Assembly (NCBI GenBank): GCA_964631575.1
Contig: CAZVYD010000001.1
Location: forward strand, 33,262-97,261
Origin: an uncultured Candidatus Bathyarchaeia archaeon
Lineage (GTDB): Archaea > Thermoproteota > Bathyarchaeia > 40CM-2-53-6 > JALHTG01
DNA: 64,000 nt
Direction of reading: 5' to 3'
The translations under genes were made by a program, and so were the position numbers. Below the pieces are notes generated by a model. It saw only the letters and a list, made by a program, of their open reading frames with translations, did no database searches and had not been told where the DNA came from. Positions 1-9,536 of the stretch are shown in pieces. Every line of letters starts with the position of its first letter. Position 1 is the first letter of the stretch.

Positions 1-605
1 GTCAACTTGTCGTAGTCGGCCTTTAGCTGTATGTATTCCGGCGTTGTAGCCAACACGTATGTGAGTGGCCCAGTCTCTTTGTCCACTGTATCCATGTAGG
101 TCCTCCAGCTGTAGTATACCGGGTACCACCACCACCAGTAGCGAGACGTGTTATACAGCCACCAGTATGAGTAATACGAATAGTAGTAGGAGTAGGTGTA
201 GCTGTAGGTTCTGACAGTTTCTGACGCAACTGCCATCAGGAAACTTCGTGGCGCATCTGTCGGAATAGTGTATGCTGCGCTCTTTTGGAAGGAGTTTCCC
301 GAAGCCACACTGACCTGCTTAGCGATCGATGTACTTCCAATAGATCTGGGGTCTCCAGTGGTGGAGTACACGAAAAACTCAACGGATAGATCTTGGACCT
401 CGCAGTCCTTCTTTGCGACCGCAGCTATAGAAACCGTGATTGTTTCTCCAGGCTTTCCGCTAGTAGGGTAGGTAACATCAACATCAAAATACGCCAATGA
501 AAATCTCCTTTGATCAGGGGCTGCGCTCACCGATGCAGCGTTCGCTAGGAAGACGCCTAACACGAATAGGCTAACTATCACGGACAGCTTCTTCAACCGG
601 CTCAC
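1..605 (-). CDS. Secreted protein, partial (C-terminus lies beyond window start); Sec-type signal peptide, beta-sandwich-like domain, then Tyr/Trp-rich low-complexity segment
   Basis: Manual minus-strand translation from GTG at 605 (TTG at 596): VSRLKKLSVIVSLFVLGVFLANAASVSAAPDQ... then YSYTYSYYYSYYSYWWLYNTSRYWWWWYPVYYSWRTY. No stop codon before position 1. Absent from the ORF track because it runs off the window. Confidence 0.5.
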   Translation of the reverse strand, partial: MSRLKKLSVIVSLFVLGVFLANAASVSAAPDQRRFSLAYFDVDVTYPTSGKPGETITVSIAAVAKKDCEVQDLSVEFFVYSTTGDPRSIGSTSIAKQVSVASGNSFQKSAAYTIPTDAPRSFLMAVASETVRTYSYTYSYYYSYYSYWWLYNTSRYWWWWYPVYYSWRTYMDTVDKETGPLTYVLATTPEYIQLKADYDKL

Positions 606-711
606 CGATATGAACCAGTTTCTTGGTCTATATGGAGGTTTCTCCAAATTCTACCAGAAAGCTGTCAGACATGCCCTCTGGATTTAGTGGGCAGGTTATT
701 AGGTCACCTTG

Positions 712-1755
712 TCAGCCTATGACCTTCTTGAAGACACGCAGGAAGTTGCCTCCAAGTATCTTCAGGACATCGTCTTCCTTGTAACCTCTCCTCACGAGTC
801 CCTCAGTGAAACAGGGCATCTTGGTCACATCTTCCAACCCTTTGGGAGTGGTTTCAATGCCGTCAAAATCGGAGCCAAGGCCCACATAGTCAACTCCCAC
901 AAGCTTCACGACATGATCAACGTGGTCAAGGACTCTTTCCAAGGTTGCGTTTTCCTTCTTCTCATCAACGAAGGCAGGTGCAAAGTTCATTCCCATGACT
1001 CCTCCATTATCCGCGAGCAACTTGATCATTTCATCAGTAAGGTTTCGTCGATGATTGCATACGGCGCGACAGTTCGAATGAGAGGCGATTATTGGACTCC
1101 TTGTTGTTTGCATTACGTCAAAGAACCCGGCATCGCTCAAGTGGGAAACATCTACAACCATATCGATCTTGTTCATCTCGCCTACAACTTCTACACCGAA
1201 GTTCGTTAGGCCGCCTTTGGTCCGTCCCTCCGCTGCCCCGTCCGCAATCTGGTTTCTTTCATTCCAAGTCAACGTGATCGCCCTAACACCCAGCCGATGC
1301 AACATTCTAAGGATACCTAGATCCGCTTCGACAGCCTCTCCTCCTTCAATCGAGAGCATGGCGGCTATCTTGGCTTTCCTTTCGGCCTCGTAGACATCAC
1401 TGACCTTGGTGAATAGCGTCATCTTATCCTTATGTGCGTCGAGCATCTGATAGAATCTGTCGGCCAGTTGCATAACTCGGTGAAGGGCCCGCTCAATCTT
1501 GTATTCAGGCTGGATGTACGCAGCAAAGACCTGTAAATCAACTCCGCTCTCTAACAGGCGCGGTAGGTCAACATGTCCTCTCTCCGATCGTTCTCCAAAG
1601 TTCCGTGGAGTTGGAAGTTTCACTGGTCTAGCGGGTGGAGCCATTATTTCGAGTAATGTATCGATGTGGGCGTCTACAACAGTGGCACGTTTATGCAGCT
1701 CCAGAACTGCTTGATCCATTTCTCGTTCTAACCTCTGTTCTGAATTACGCGCCAT
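712..1755 (-). CDS. Membrane dipeptidase (peptidase family M19, renal dipeptidase-like)
   Basis: 347 aa; HIDT...SHSN metal-binding motifs and the Zn-dipeptidase layout typical of M19. Confidence 0.8.
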   Translation of the reverse strand: MARNSEQRLEREMDQAVLELHKRATVVDAHIDTLLEIMAPPARPVKLPTPRNFGERSERGHVDLPRLLESGVDLQVFAAYIQPEYKIERALHRVMQLADRFYQMLDAHKDKMTLFTKVSDVYEAERKAKIAAMLSIEGGEAVEADLGILRMLHRLGVRAITLTWNERNQIADGAAEGRTKGGLTNFGVEVVGEMNKIDMVVDVSHLSDAGFFDVMQTTRSPIIASHSNCRAVCNHRRNLTDEMIKLLADNGGVMGMNFAPAFVDEKKENATLERVLDHVDHVVKLVGVDYVGLGSDFDGIETTPKGLEDVTKMPCFTEGLVRRGYKEDDVLKILGGNFLRVFKKVIG

Positions 1756-1936
1756 ATAGTGGGACTATGTCGCCATTTATTGCTATGTCTGAATAAGCAG
1801 AGTCGAGAATCTACAGATAGACCGAAGAACCTTTCCAAAACACTGCTCGGAAGGTCAGCGTTCACACGGTCGGATGGTTGACACAAAGAGACCATATATC
1901 TGTCCGATGATTCCTAGTGGGCTGTGGCGATTTGAG

Positions 1937-2986
1937 ATGCGGATAGTCGATCTGAGAAGTGACACCGTTACTCTTCCCACCGAAGAGATGCTAGAGGCGA
2001 TTAGAGTCGCTGAGCTTGGCGACGATGTCTACGGGGAAGATTCGACAGTTAACCGGTTGGAGGAACTCGCCGCCAAGAAGATGGGTAAGGACGCCGCGCT
2101 TTTGACAACGAGTGGAACACAGGCGAACCTTGTGAGCGTGATGAGTCAAACGAAGAGGGGAGACGAGGTCATCTTGGAGGCGGACGCTCACATGTACTAC
2201 TATGAGGTTGGAGCCTTCTCGGCTCTGGGCGGATTAATACCGCGCCTCGTGAAGGGGCACATGGGAGTGATGGCTCCGGAAGATATTGAGGAGGCGCTGA
2301 GGCCTCCCAACATTCACTTTCCCCCTACGAGCCTGATCTGTATCGAGAACACCCACAACCGCGCCGGCGGAACGATATGGTCGCCATCCCAGATCAAAGC
2401 AGTTTCCGACCTTGCCAAGAGTCGAGGCTTGAGAGTTCACATGGACGGTGCGAGGATATTCAATGCCGCCGTGGCATTGGAACTTGACGTACAGGAGTTT
2501 ACGCGACACGTTGACACGTTGATGTTCTGCCTCTCCAAGGGTCTAAGCGCGCCCATCGGATCGCTGGTAGTAGGAGAGCGGGAATTTATCGGCCGTGCGA
2601 GGAAATACCGGAAGATGCTGGGAGGTGGCATGAGGCAGGCAGGGGTGATCGCCGCACCAGGAATAATCGCGATCGAGAAGATGGTTGAACGCCTCAAGGA
2701 TGATCATGACAATGCCCAACTGTTAGCCGCAGGTCTTTCAAAGATCGAGGGAATCGCTGTAGATCTGTCGCGGGTACAGACAAATATCGTCCTTTACGAC
2801 GTGAGTGGCCTCGGAGTCGACGGAAAGATCTGGGTCACCGAACTCAATAAGCATGGAGTAAAAGCTGGCGCACAAGAGCTGGGACGCGTGAGGATGGTCA
2901 CTCACAGAGGTATCGAGAGGGAAGACATCGAACATGCATTGGTCGTAGTGGAGAAAGTAGCTAAGGAAATCCGTCACAAACGGTAG
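1937..2986 (+). CDS. ltaE: Low-specificity L-threonine aldolase (PLP-dependent)
   Basis: MRIVDLRSDTVTLPT N-terminus characteristic of threonine aldolases; SKGL PLP-lysine region. Internal ATG at 1937 preferred over the ORF-track start at 1874. Confidence 0.8.
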   Translation: MRIVDLRSDTVTLPTEEMLEAIRVAELGDDVYGEDSTVNRLEELAAKKMGKDAALLTTSGTQANLVSVMSQTKRGDEVILEADAHMYYYEVGAFSALGGLIPRLVKGHMGVMAPEDIEEALRPPNIHFPPTSLICIENTHNRAGGTIWSPSQIKAVSDLAKSRGLRVHMDGARIFNAAVALELDVQEFTRHVDTLMFCLSKGLSAPIGSLVVGEREFIGRARKYRKMLGGGMRQAGVIAAPGIIAIEKMVERLKDDHDNAQLLAAGLSKIEGIAVDLSRVQTNIVLYDVSGLGVDGKIWVTELNKHGVKAGAQELGRVRMVTHRGIEREDIEHALVVVEKVAKEIRHKR

Positions 2987-3068
2987 CCGGGGGGAGACCA
3001 TGAGTAGCCCACCCGTCAACTCTTAGTGCTATATCTCGGTTCCACAGTGAACTATGTGAGGTAAAGCC

Positions 3069-3404
3069 ATGTTCGTCAAGAGGATCAACGGCAAGGACTA
3101 CACTTTCAGAATGTACTGGGACGCAGCTACTCCTGGATCTTACTACTGGATGATTGTTGAAGCGACACTTAAGCCGGAGATAGACCGAGCTTCGGAGGCG
3201 ATACCAGAAGAAGTGGTCAACAGGATCCATCAATTGCTTGAGAAGCATGCAGGTTTTCCAAACGTGCCCGCTCCAGCCTACGAGGAGGAGAGAAAGATTA
3301 TGCGTTTCAAGATTCGCTTGAGAAGGACGCCTGACGGCGCACGTCCCCGTAAAGCTTCTGATTGGATAAAGAACCTAGAGAGGGCTATTCAAGTCGAACT
3401 CTAG
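3069..3404 (+). CDS. Hypothetical protein
   Basis: 111 aa ORF with no recognisable motif; sits between ltaE and the M81 peptidase on the same strand. Confidence 0.35.
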   Translation: MFVKRINGKDYTFRMYWDAATPGSYYWMIVEATLKPEIDRASEAIPEEVVNRIHQLLEKHAGFPNVPAPAYEEERKIMRFKIRLRRTPDGARPRKASDWIKNLERAIQVEL

Positions 3405-3537
3405 AGCGAGGCGCCCTCAGCATCTAGGAAGCTTCTAATGTCATAGTTTTCCTCTAGGAGTCTGCATAGTGAAAGGGCAATTTCTCAAATATGTCAAGCG
3501 ATAAGTACTCAAATACTCTTGTGAGATCTTTGGAGCT

Positions 3538-5013
3538 GTGGTTCAGATGAGGTTTGTCGTTGGGATGCTGAGCCATGAAACGAACACGTTCAGCTCAGTA
3601 AAGACAGAGCTTCGCCACTTTCAGGAACGCTCACTTTTCTACGGGAAGGATATGTTCGAGGAGTTCAGGGGCACTAAGACATCTATCGGAGGCGCCATGG
3701 ACGCAGCGGCATCGAACAATATTGAGCTAATACCGACTGTTGCCGCAAATGCGATGCCATCGGGGATAGTCACCGCTGACACGTACCGCATCCTAAAGGA
3801 AAGGATCCTTAACGACACCAAGAAAGTCGGAAAGGTTGACGGCGTAGTTGCGTTGCTTCACGGGTCCATGGTAGCAGAAGGAGTAGGGAACGCTGAAGGG
3901 GACCTCTTGCATTCGGTTCGAGAAGTTGTTGGGCCGACAGTGCCGATCGCTTGTACGCTCGACCTTCATGCAACGATTACGAACTTGTTGGTGGAATCAT
4001 CTGACCTGCTTTTCGGCCATAACACGAACCCTCACGTCGATTCTTATGAGCGAGCTGTTGAGGCGTGCAACGCCGTGGTCGCTATGGTCAAGGGAAAGAT
4101 CAAACCTGTGAAGGCTTTGCGTAAGCCTCCTATGATGCCGCCCACAATCAACATGAGAACGACCGAGGGTCCGATGGTGAAGATCTTTGAGAGGGCTTAC
4201 GCCATGGAGCGGAATCCGGCTGTCATCAATGTCAATGTGGCTGGAGGCTTTCCGTTTGCGGACACTGAGGACTCGGGATTCAGCGTAGTAGTCATAACGA
4301 ATGATGACCGAGATTTGGCTGAGAAATACGCGCAGGAACTCTCAGACTTCGCTTGGAATCTTCGAAAGGAATTCCTGAAACCACTGACCCCTGTCCCTGA
4401 GGCCGTTAGAAGAGCCATTGAGGCAAAGGAGGGGCCCGTGATTCTAGCAGATGTCGCGGACAACCCGGGTGGCGGCGGCTCAGGCGATGGAACGGTAGTG
4501 CTCAAGACTTTGATTGAAATGGGTGCGAGAAACGTGGGATTCGCACTGATCAAGGATCCTGAAGTAGTAGCCAAAGCCATCGAAGCAGGCGTAGGGGCAA
4601 CGGTCACCATGAAAGTCGGCGGAAAGACCGACAGCCTTCATGGACCACCAGTCGAAGTCACTGGCCAAGTCAAGACGATCACTGATGGAGTATTCGTGCA
4701 TAAGGGTCCCATGTCAACTGGTTCGAAGGGCGAAGTCGGTCGAAGCGTCGTCTTGGAGATTGACGGCATCGACCTGATCATGTCCGAGCGAAAGATGGCG
4801 CCAAACGATCCTGAGATATTCAGAAGGCATGGCATCGAACCGACGGAAAAGAAGATTCTAGTCGTAAAGTCGAGAGGACATTTCAGAGCAGCATACGAGC
4901 CCTTCGCCAAGGAGATAATTGAAGTTGACGCACCGGGCGTAGCCAGCCCTAACCTCAAGCAGTTTCCATACAAACATGTTAGGCGGCCAATCTTCCCGCT
5001 CGACGATATCTAA
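3538..5013 (+). CDS. M81 family metallopeptidase (MlrC-like, DUF1485/DUF1486)
   Basis: 491 aa; N-terminal GMLSHETNTFS motif and overall length match the MlrC/M81 family. Confidence 0.7.
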   Translation: MVQMRFVVGMLSHETNTFSSVKTELRHFQERSLFYGKDMFEEFRGTKTSIGGAMDAAASNNIELIPTVAANAMPSGIVTADTYRILKERILNDTKKVGKVDGVVALLHGSMVAEGVGNAEGDLLHSVREVVGPTVPIACTLDLHATITNLLVESSDLLFGHNTNPHVDSYERAVEACNAVVAMVKGKIKPVKALRKPPMMPPTINMRTTEGPMVKIFERAYAMERNPAVINVNVAGGFPFADTEDSGFSVVVITNDDRDLAEKYAQELSDFAWNLRKEFLKPLTPVPEAVRRAIEAKEGPVILADVADNPGGGGSGDGTVVLKTLIEMGARNVGFALIKDPEVVAKAIEAGVGATVTMKVGGKTDSLHGPPVEVTGQVKTITDGVFVHKGPMSTGSKGEVGRSVVLEIDGIDLIMSERKMAPNDPEIFRRHGIEPTEKKILVVKSRGHFRAAYEPFAKEIIEVDAPGVASPNLKQFPYKHVRRPIFPLDDI

Positions 5014-5696
5014 TCGAACGCGCCATTTCGTGAGAGGGAATCAGAACCTAAATTCAATCGCCTTATTCGTTCCCTCACGGGAGAAGGGAGACCTCGCCTG
5101 AGGAAATCCTTCGCCAGCCTCAGTAGCGCAGTTTCCAACCGGACAAGGTTCAGTCCACTCCGCCTAGCGTAAAGCTTCAGGTCTTTGATTCCTAAGCTCT
5201 TTTGAGCTTGCCTGACTAGAGGAGTGGGTTTGGGATCTGCCTTCAGCCATATCACTCGCATGTCTCTAAGGAAGATCGATGTGGTCGCCGGGCCTATGCC
5301 CTTTCCAAGCGCCATTATTCTGACTTCCAAGTCTCTGCTGTCAAGTGCTACTTCATGAAGTCTATTCAAGTCGCCTCCGTACATTTTCATCAGGCCCTGT
5401 GCGATATTCAGCAGCTTTGTTGCCGTGCTGAAATCATACCGTGTGTAGCCCCCTTCATCAAGGACCGAAACGAGTCCATCCCACCCTGTCTTGAGAATCT
5501 TGTCAGGGGTGAGAATTCTCCGCTTCTCAAAGCATCTGTAGGTCTTCGTTGCGGAGGATTCTCTAATGGGTTTACCGTAAAGCATTGATGCTAAGAACCA
5601 CTTGAAGGCCTCGCCTGATCTGCCGCTCTCCAAATCTATGCCGAGAAGCTTTGAATATGGTTTCCCGTAGCGGCGAACGAATTCCTTCAAGTTCAA
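5010..5696 (-). CDS. HhH-GPD superfamily DNA glycosylase-like protein (possibly AGOG/Ogg-like)
   Basis: 228 aa; helix-hairpin-helix-like segment LGKGIGPATTSIFLRDMR followed by an Asp-containing region. Assignment by motif only. Confidence 0.4.
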   Translation of the reverse strand: MNLKEFVRRYGKPYSKLLGIDLESGRSGEAFKWFLASMLYGKPIRESSATKTYRCFEKRRILTPDKILKTGWDGLVSVLDEGGYTRYDFSTATKLLNIAQGLMKMYGGDLNRLHEVALDSRDLEVRIMALGKGIGPATTSIFLRDMRVIWLKADPKPTPLVRQAQKSLGIKDLKLYARRSGLNLVRLETALLRLAKDFLRRGLPSPVRERIRRLNLGSDSLSRNGAFD

Positions 5697-5910
5697 CTAT
5701 CGCGCGCCTTCCTAGACCCTGGCAATATCAAAGATAGACCCAGTATTGGATATGAGTCGCCTCGGCGTTAAGAGGAGTTTCCCGAAATCGAGTTGCCGAT
5801 CTGACTGCTATGTGAAGGAGCATGTTATCTCCCATCTTGAATAGGTTCATTTAGAAGATGACGACTTACTCTCTAAAGGATTGATTCAATTCGCATTGAG
5901 TTGTGAGACT

Positions 5911-7164
5911 ATGCCGTTCAAGGTTCGGGATCTAAGTTTGGCTGACGCCGGCAGATTGAAGATCGAATGGGCAACTACGCGAATGCCGGTTCTCGCAAGG
6001 CTACGAGATGAGTACTCCTCCAAGAGGCCGCTTAACGGTCTTCGCATCTCTGGCTGTCTTCACATTACGAAAGAGACCGCGGTTCTAGTTGAGGCGTTGA
6101 GAGCGGCTGGCGCGGAAACGGCGTGGAGTGGGTGCAACCCTCTCTCTACTCAGGACGATGTCGCCGCTGCCCTAGCTAAGGAAGGCGTAAGCGTCTACGG
6201 TTGGCGCGGTCTGAGCACAGAGGAGTACTACTGGTGTATCGATCAAACGATCGAGTTCAAGCCTAATTTGACCTTGGATGATGGAGCGGACTTGGTCATG
6301 AGGCTCCACGAGAAGGGCACTGACCAACTCAGGGAGGTGGTAGGCGGCACTGAGGAGACCACCACAGGGGTACATCGTCTTAGAGCTATGCATGAGGCGG
6401 GCCAACTCAGATATCCAATAATTGCTGTCAACGATGCCGAGACCAAGTGGGACTTTGATAACGTCTGGGGGACAGGCCAGTCCTCGATTGACGGCATCGT
6501 GAGAGCAACGAACGTTCTCATTGCAGGAAAGAACTTCGTGGTCGCAGGCTATGGGCACTGCGGACGAGGAGTAGCGATGAGGGCAGCAGGACTCGGCGCC
6601 CGACCGATCATATGTGAGGTTGACCCGTTGAAGGCTCTGAAAGCCGCGATGGAAGGATTCGAGGTTACAACAATGATGGAAGCCGCCAAGATAGGAGACA
6701 TATTCATCACCGCAACCGGATGCAAAGATGTGATCACGAGTGATCACATGGAGAGGATGAAGGATGGAGCCATCCTTTGCAATACAGGGCACTTCAATGT
6801 CGAAGTTTCAGTTCAAGACCTAGAGCAAATAACCGTCAAGAAGCAAGAGATAAGGCCGAACAATGTTGAGTACACGCTCCGCGACGGTAGGAGGGTCTAC
6901 CTTCTGGCTGAAGGCCGCCTAGTAAACTTGGCAGCGGCAGAGGGACACCCTTCAGAGATAATGGACATGAGCTTCGCAAACCAGTTTCTATCACTTCTCC
7001 GCCTAGCCAAGGAGGGGAGAACGATGAAGCCTGGGGTCTACAACGTTTCGAGGGAACAAGATCAAGAAGTGGCGAGGACAAAGCTGGAAACTATGGGAAT
7101 TCGAGTCGATACACTAACCTCTGAGCAGGAAAGATACCTCAAATCCTTCAAGGAAGGAACGTGA
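5911..7164 (+). CDS. ahcY: Adenosylhomocysteinase (S-adenosyl-L-homocysteine hydrolase)
   Basis: NAD-binding GYGHCGRG; canonical AhcY N-terminus MPFKVRDLSLADAGR (internal ATG at 5911). Confidence 0.9.
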   Translation: MPFKVRDLSLADAGRLKIEWATTRMPVLARLRDEYSSKRPLNGLRISGCLHITKETAVLVEALRAAGAETAWSGCNPLSTQDDVAAALAKEGVSVYGWRGLSTEEYYWCIDQTIEFKPNLTLDDGADLVMRLHEKGTDQLREVVGGTEETTTGVHRLRAMHEAGQLRYPIIAVNDAETKWDFDNVWGTGQSSIDGIVRATNVLIAGKNFVVAGYGHCGRGVAMRAAGLGARPIICEVDPLKALKAAMEGFEVTTMMEAAKIGDIFITATGCKDVITSDHMERMKDGAILCNTGHFNVEVSVQDLEQITVKKQEIRPNNVEYTLRDGRRVYLLAEGRLVNLAAAEGHPSEIMDMSFANQFLSLLRLAKEGRTMKPGVYNVSREQDQEVARTKLETMGIRVDTLTSEQERYLKSFKEGT

Positions 7165-7249
7165 ATCACAGCGCAACTCACTACCGGAAAACAAGCGTAA
7201 TGGTAAGCTCCACCGACTTCTCTTCTACTGAGATTCCTTTCTGGGGCGA

Positions 7250-7456
7250 GTGAACGTTTTCGAGTTGCTCGAAAGAATCGATGACATGGCCGACATCGCA
7301 AAGGATGCTTCCATGGCCGCGACTGAAATCAACATTCACGCGCTGGTTTTCCATCCCCTTCTGGAAGATCAAGATTCGTTGTATGATATGATCGATGAGG
7401 TGACCAAGTCAGCCAAGGCCTTCAACGCAGCAAGCAAGCTAGGACCTAGATGCTGA
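7250..7456 (+). CDS. Small acidic hypothetical protein (68 aa, GTG start)
   Basis: ORF MNVFELLERIDDMADIAKD... downstream of ahcY; no SD or motif support. Confidence 0.2.
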   Translation: MNVFELLERIDDMADIAKDASMAATEINIHALVFHPLLEDQDSLYDMIDEVTKSAKAFNAASKLGPRC

Positions 7457-8092
7457 GACTTGCCCCATCTGATTCCTGAATGATCTGGATAGGCGTACGC
7501 CATCGGTTTCGTACTTGAGCCCTAGGTACCGATACTCGGCGCGGCTCCGTTCTATTATCTTCTGCACTGACCTGATCAGAGGTTTAGCTCCTTCGTATAG
7601 CTTTACGATGTTCAGGAGGTTTGTGGCCTTCCAGTCTGAGTACATCAGGAGCGATATAGTGTCAATCCTATCCTTCATCCCCTTCTCCGATGTCCATCGG
7701 TCCTCGGCGACTTGGGCCTTCAGAAGTAGAAGCGGTTCTGGGAGAGCCACATCGAACCCTTCGATATCGGTGAACCATCTGTACTTGTAGAATGCGCTAC
7801 AAGGCAGAATCAGGTTTGACATGAAGGGAGTGTATATGTCCACATCAACGCCAGCAACAACCGCCTCCATTTTCCTCAAGCGCGGATTCTTCTTCACGAG
7901 GATGTTTTGTCTTTGGAGTTCTTGCTGGAGTCTGTAGAAGTTATTCTGGTCGATGCAGATGTCTACATCTCGGCTCTTCAGCCTCCTAGCCCAGAAGTAA
8001 ACTGCCCAACCGCCAATGACTATGAAATCTGCCAGCTTTCTTACATCTTTGAGGGCGTTCCAAGACTTCTCCGTTAATTCTTCGTGCCACAT
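7439..8092 (-). CDS. Nucleotidyltransferase-fold protein, AbiEii/DUF1814-like candidate toxin
   Basis: 217 aa; pol-beta-type NTase motif FIVIGGWAVYFWARRLKSRDVDICID (hGG x11 S-D-h-D), with a second acidic motif VDVDIY downstream. Confidence 0.5.
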   Translation of the reverse strand: MWHEELTEKSWNALKDVRKLADFIVIGGWAVYFWARRLKSRDVDICIDQNNFYRLQQELQRQNILVKKNPRLRKMEAVVAGVDVDIYTPFMSNLILPCSAFYKYRWFTDIEGFDVALPEPLLLLKAQVAEDRWTSEKGMKDRIDTISLLMYSDWKATNLLNIVKLYEGAKPLIRSVQKIIERSRAEYRYLGLKYETDGVRLSRSFRNQMGQVSASRS

Positions 8093-8101
8093 GAGCTTTC
8101 A

Positions 8102-8713
8102 CTACCAGATGCTGAACTGAGGATAGCTTTCGATGATGTCCCGGAGGTAGGGAGTCGCGGGAGGGCCGTCCACTGAGTATATGTCCACGTAGACTTGGGG
8201 TACGCAGGCAACCGAGTTCACTGCCGTTTCCGTGAGGTGTTTGTCTCCGGTTATGAGTGCGAAAATGTTGGGGTTCGTGCTTCGCCTTTGTGGCTCTCTG
8301 AACCTGACCCAATCTTTGAATCTAGCTTGGTCTATGACGTAGAAGTATAACCTATCATACTCTGCTGGGGCTTTTCCGGAGAGAGATTTCCAAGCAGAAA
8401 AGGCGGTCATGACAACACCCGATGGTAGCGATCTCTCCGTTTCTCTCAAGTCGTCAAGCCTGAAGGAGTCCAAGAGGTCTTTGTCAACGTTTCTTTCAGT
8501 TGCCCATAGATTTAGCACTCTACCGGGCGAGAGAACTCTGACTCCTTGGGAGGTAGCCTCGACAGCAAGCGTCAACGAAAGCTTTCTTATGGTTTTGTTG
8601 ACGAGGCCGAGTGAAACATTGCATCTGCGAGCCAACTCTTCTTGGGTAACCCTATCCGTTCCCATCATGGACGAGAGTAGGAGTTGGCGGTATATCGATT
8701 CAAATTTGTACAT
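8102..8713 (-). CDS. Winged-HTH DNA-binding protein, AbiEi-like candidate antitoxin/regulator
   Basis: N-terminal HTH TQEELARRCNVSLGLVNKTIRKL plus a roughly 150 aa C-terminal domain. Ends 9 bp upstream of the NTase gene on the same strand. Start taken at internal ATG (MYKFESIY); the ORF-track ORF extends to 8896. Confidence 0.45.
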   Translation of the reverse strand: MYKFESIYRQLLLSSMMGTDRVTQEELARRCNVSLGLVNKTIRKLSLTLAVEATSQGVRVLSPGRVLNLWATERNVDKDLLDSFRLDDLRETERSLPSGVVMTAFSAWKSLSGKAPAEYDRLYFYVIDQARFKDWVRFREPQRRSTNPNIFALITGDKHLTETAVNSVACVPQVYVDIYSVDGPPATPYLRDIIESYPQFSIW

Positions 8714-9078
8714 TGCGTTTTCACTCTTGCGTCTGGTGCTTTTATATACCTTTCGCTGAACAGTGAAAGAGGAAGCAACCCCCCTCTTGCTGCCATTGAG
8801 CACGGCTAGCCTTGTGGATAGGCGCCAAGAACCTCCAATTCCAAGCGAACGGCATGAGGCAAACCGGTCAACGATTGTGAGGTCCCCTATCAGCACAGCG
8901 TGCAGATCTTCACTTCCTTTGCCAAACTAGGCCGAAACGGGGAGTGACCGCTTGGAGGCTGTGTGAAAGAGGTTCCAACAAGAAGTCGAACAGTTTTCAC
9001 ACTCAGGGGTGATTCAGGGTTGTGAGTCAAGCCCAGCAATATGCCTAGTCTCTTTGGAAGATCGCCGGATCTCCCCGG

Positions 9079-9402
9079 TCATTTCGCTCTTTCAAGTCTG
9101 AATACGACAGGTCTCAGTCCATCTGTGCAGCATGAGTACGCAACACCCGGCTCCTGCATCCATGGGTAGCTTCCACCGAATCGAAGGTGCGCTATATCTC
9201 GTTGGATGTCTGCGAACGCCCATCCACAGAAGCCCTGAGGGCACATGCCCTTTTCTGATATGAAGGTGTCGCCTTCTTTGAGTCTTGGACAGACCGGATC
9301 GACCTCTTGTGAGATCTTTGGAGGCGATGATCCGAATACATCTTTCACAGAAAGCTTCTTGGCCACCGTTATCTTCACATCGTACTGTTCCATCGTTCTC
9401 AC
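9079..9402 (-). CDS. Small Cys-rich conserved hypothetical protein (TIGR04076-like)
   Basis: 107 aa with CPRL...MCPQGFCGWAF...CC spacing. Family assignment is from memory of the motif pattern only. Confidence 0.4.
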   Translation of the reverse strand: MRTMEQYDVKITVAKKLSVKDVFGSSPPKISQEVDPVCPRLKEGDTFISEKGMCPQGFCGWAFADIQRDIAHLRFGGSYPWMQEPGVAYSCCTDGLRPVVFRLERAK

Positions 9403-9536
9403 CGACCCGACATATCGTATCCGGACTCTTAACGCTTCCCAGAGACAGATAGCCTCCTGTGACTCACGACTGCCTTATGAAAACATTCACACATCCAAGG
9501 AGCGCACGGATTGAGGTTAACAAACTTTGTCTAATG

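Noticed and set aside
23-471. Track ORFs 23-229 (-) and 268-471 (+) at the window start
   Set aside because: Both are alternative frames or strand of the longer signal-peptide-bearing ORF (1-605, minus) and have Gly/Thr-rich low-complexity translations.
6172-6792. Long antisense ORFs inside confident genes (e.g. 6172-6792 in ahcY, 4197-4610 in the M81 peptidase, 30520-30822 and 31301-31633 in ileS, 52387-53145 in srp54)
   Set aside because: They are opposite-strand shadows of strongly supported protein-coding genes with low-complexity translations.
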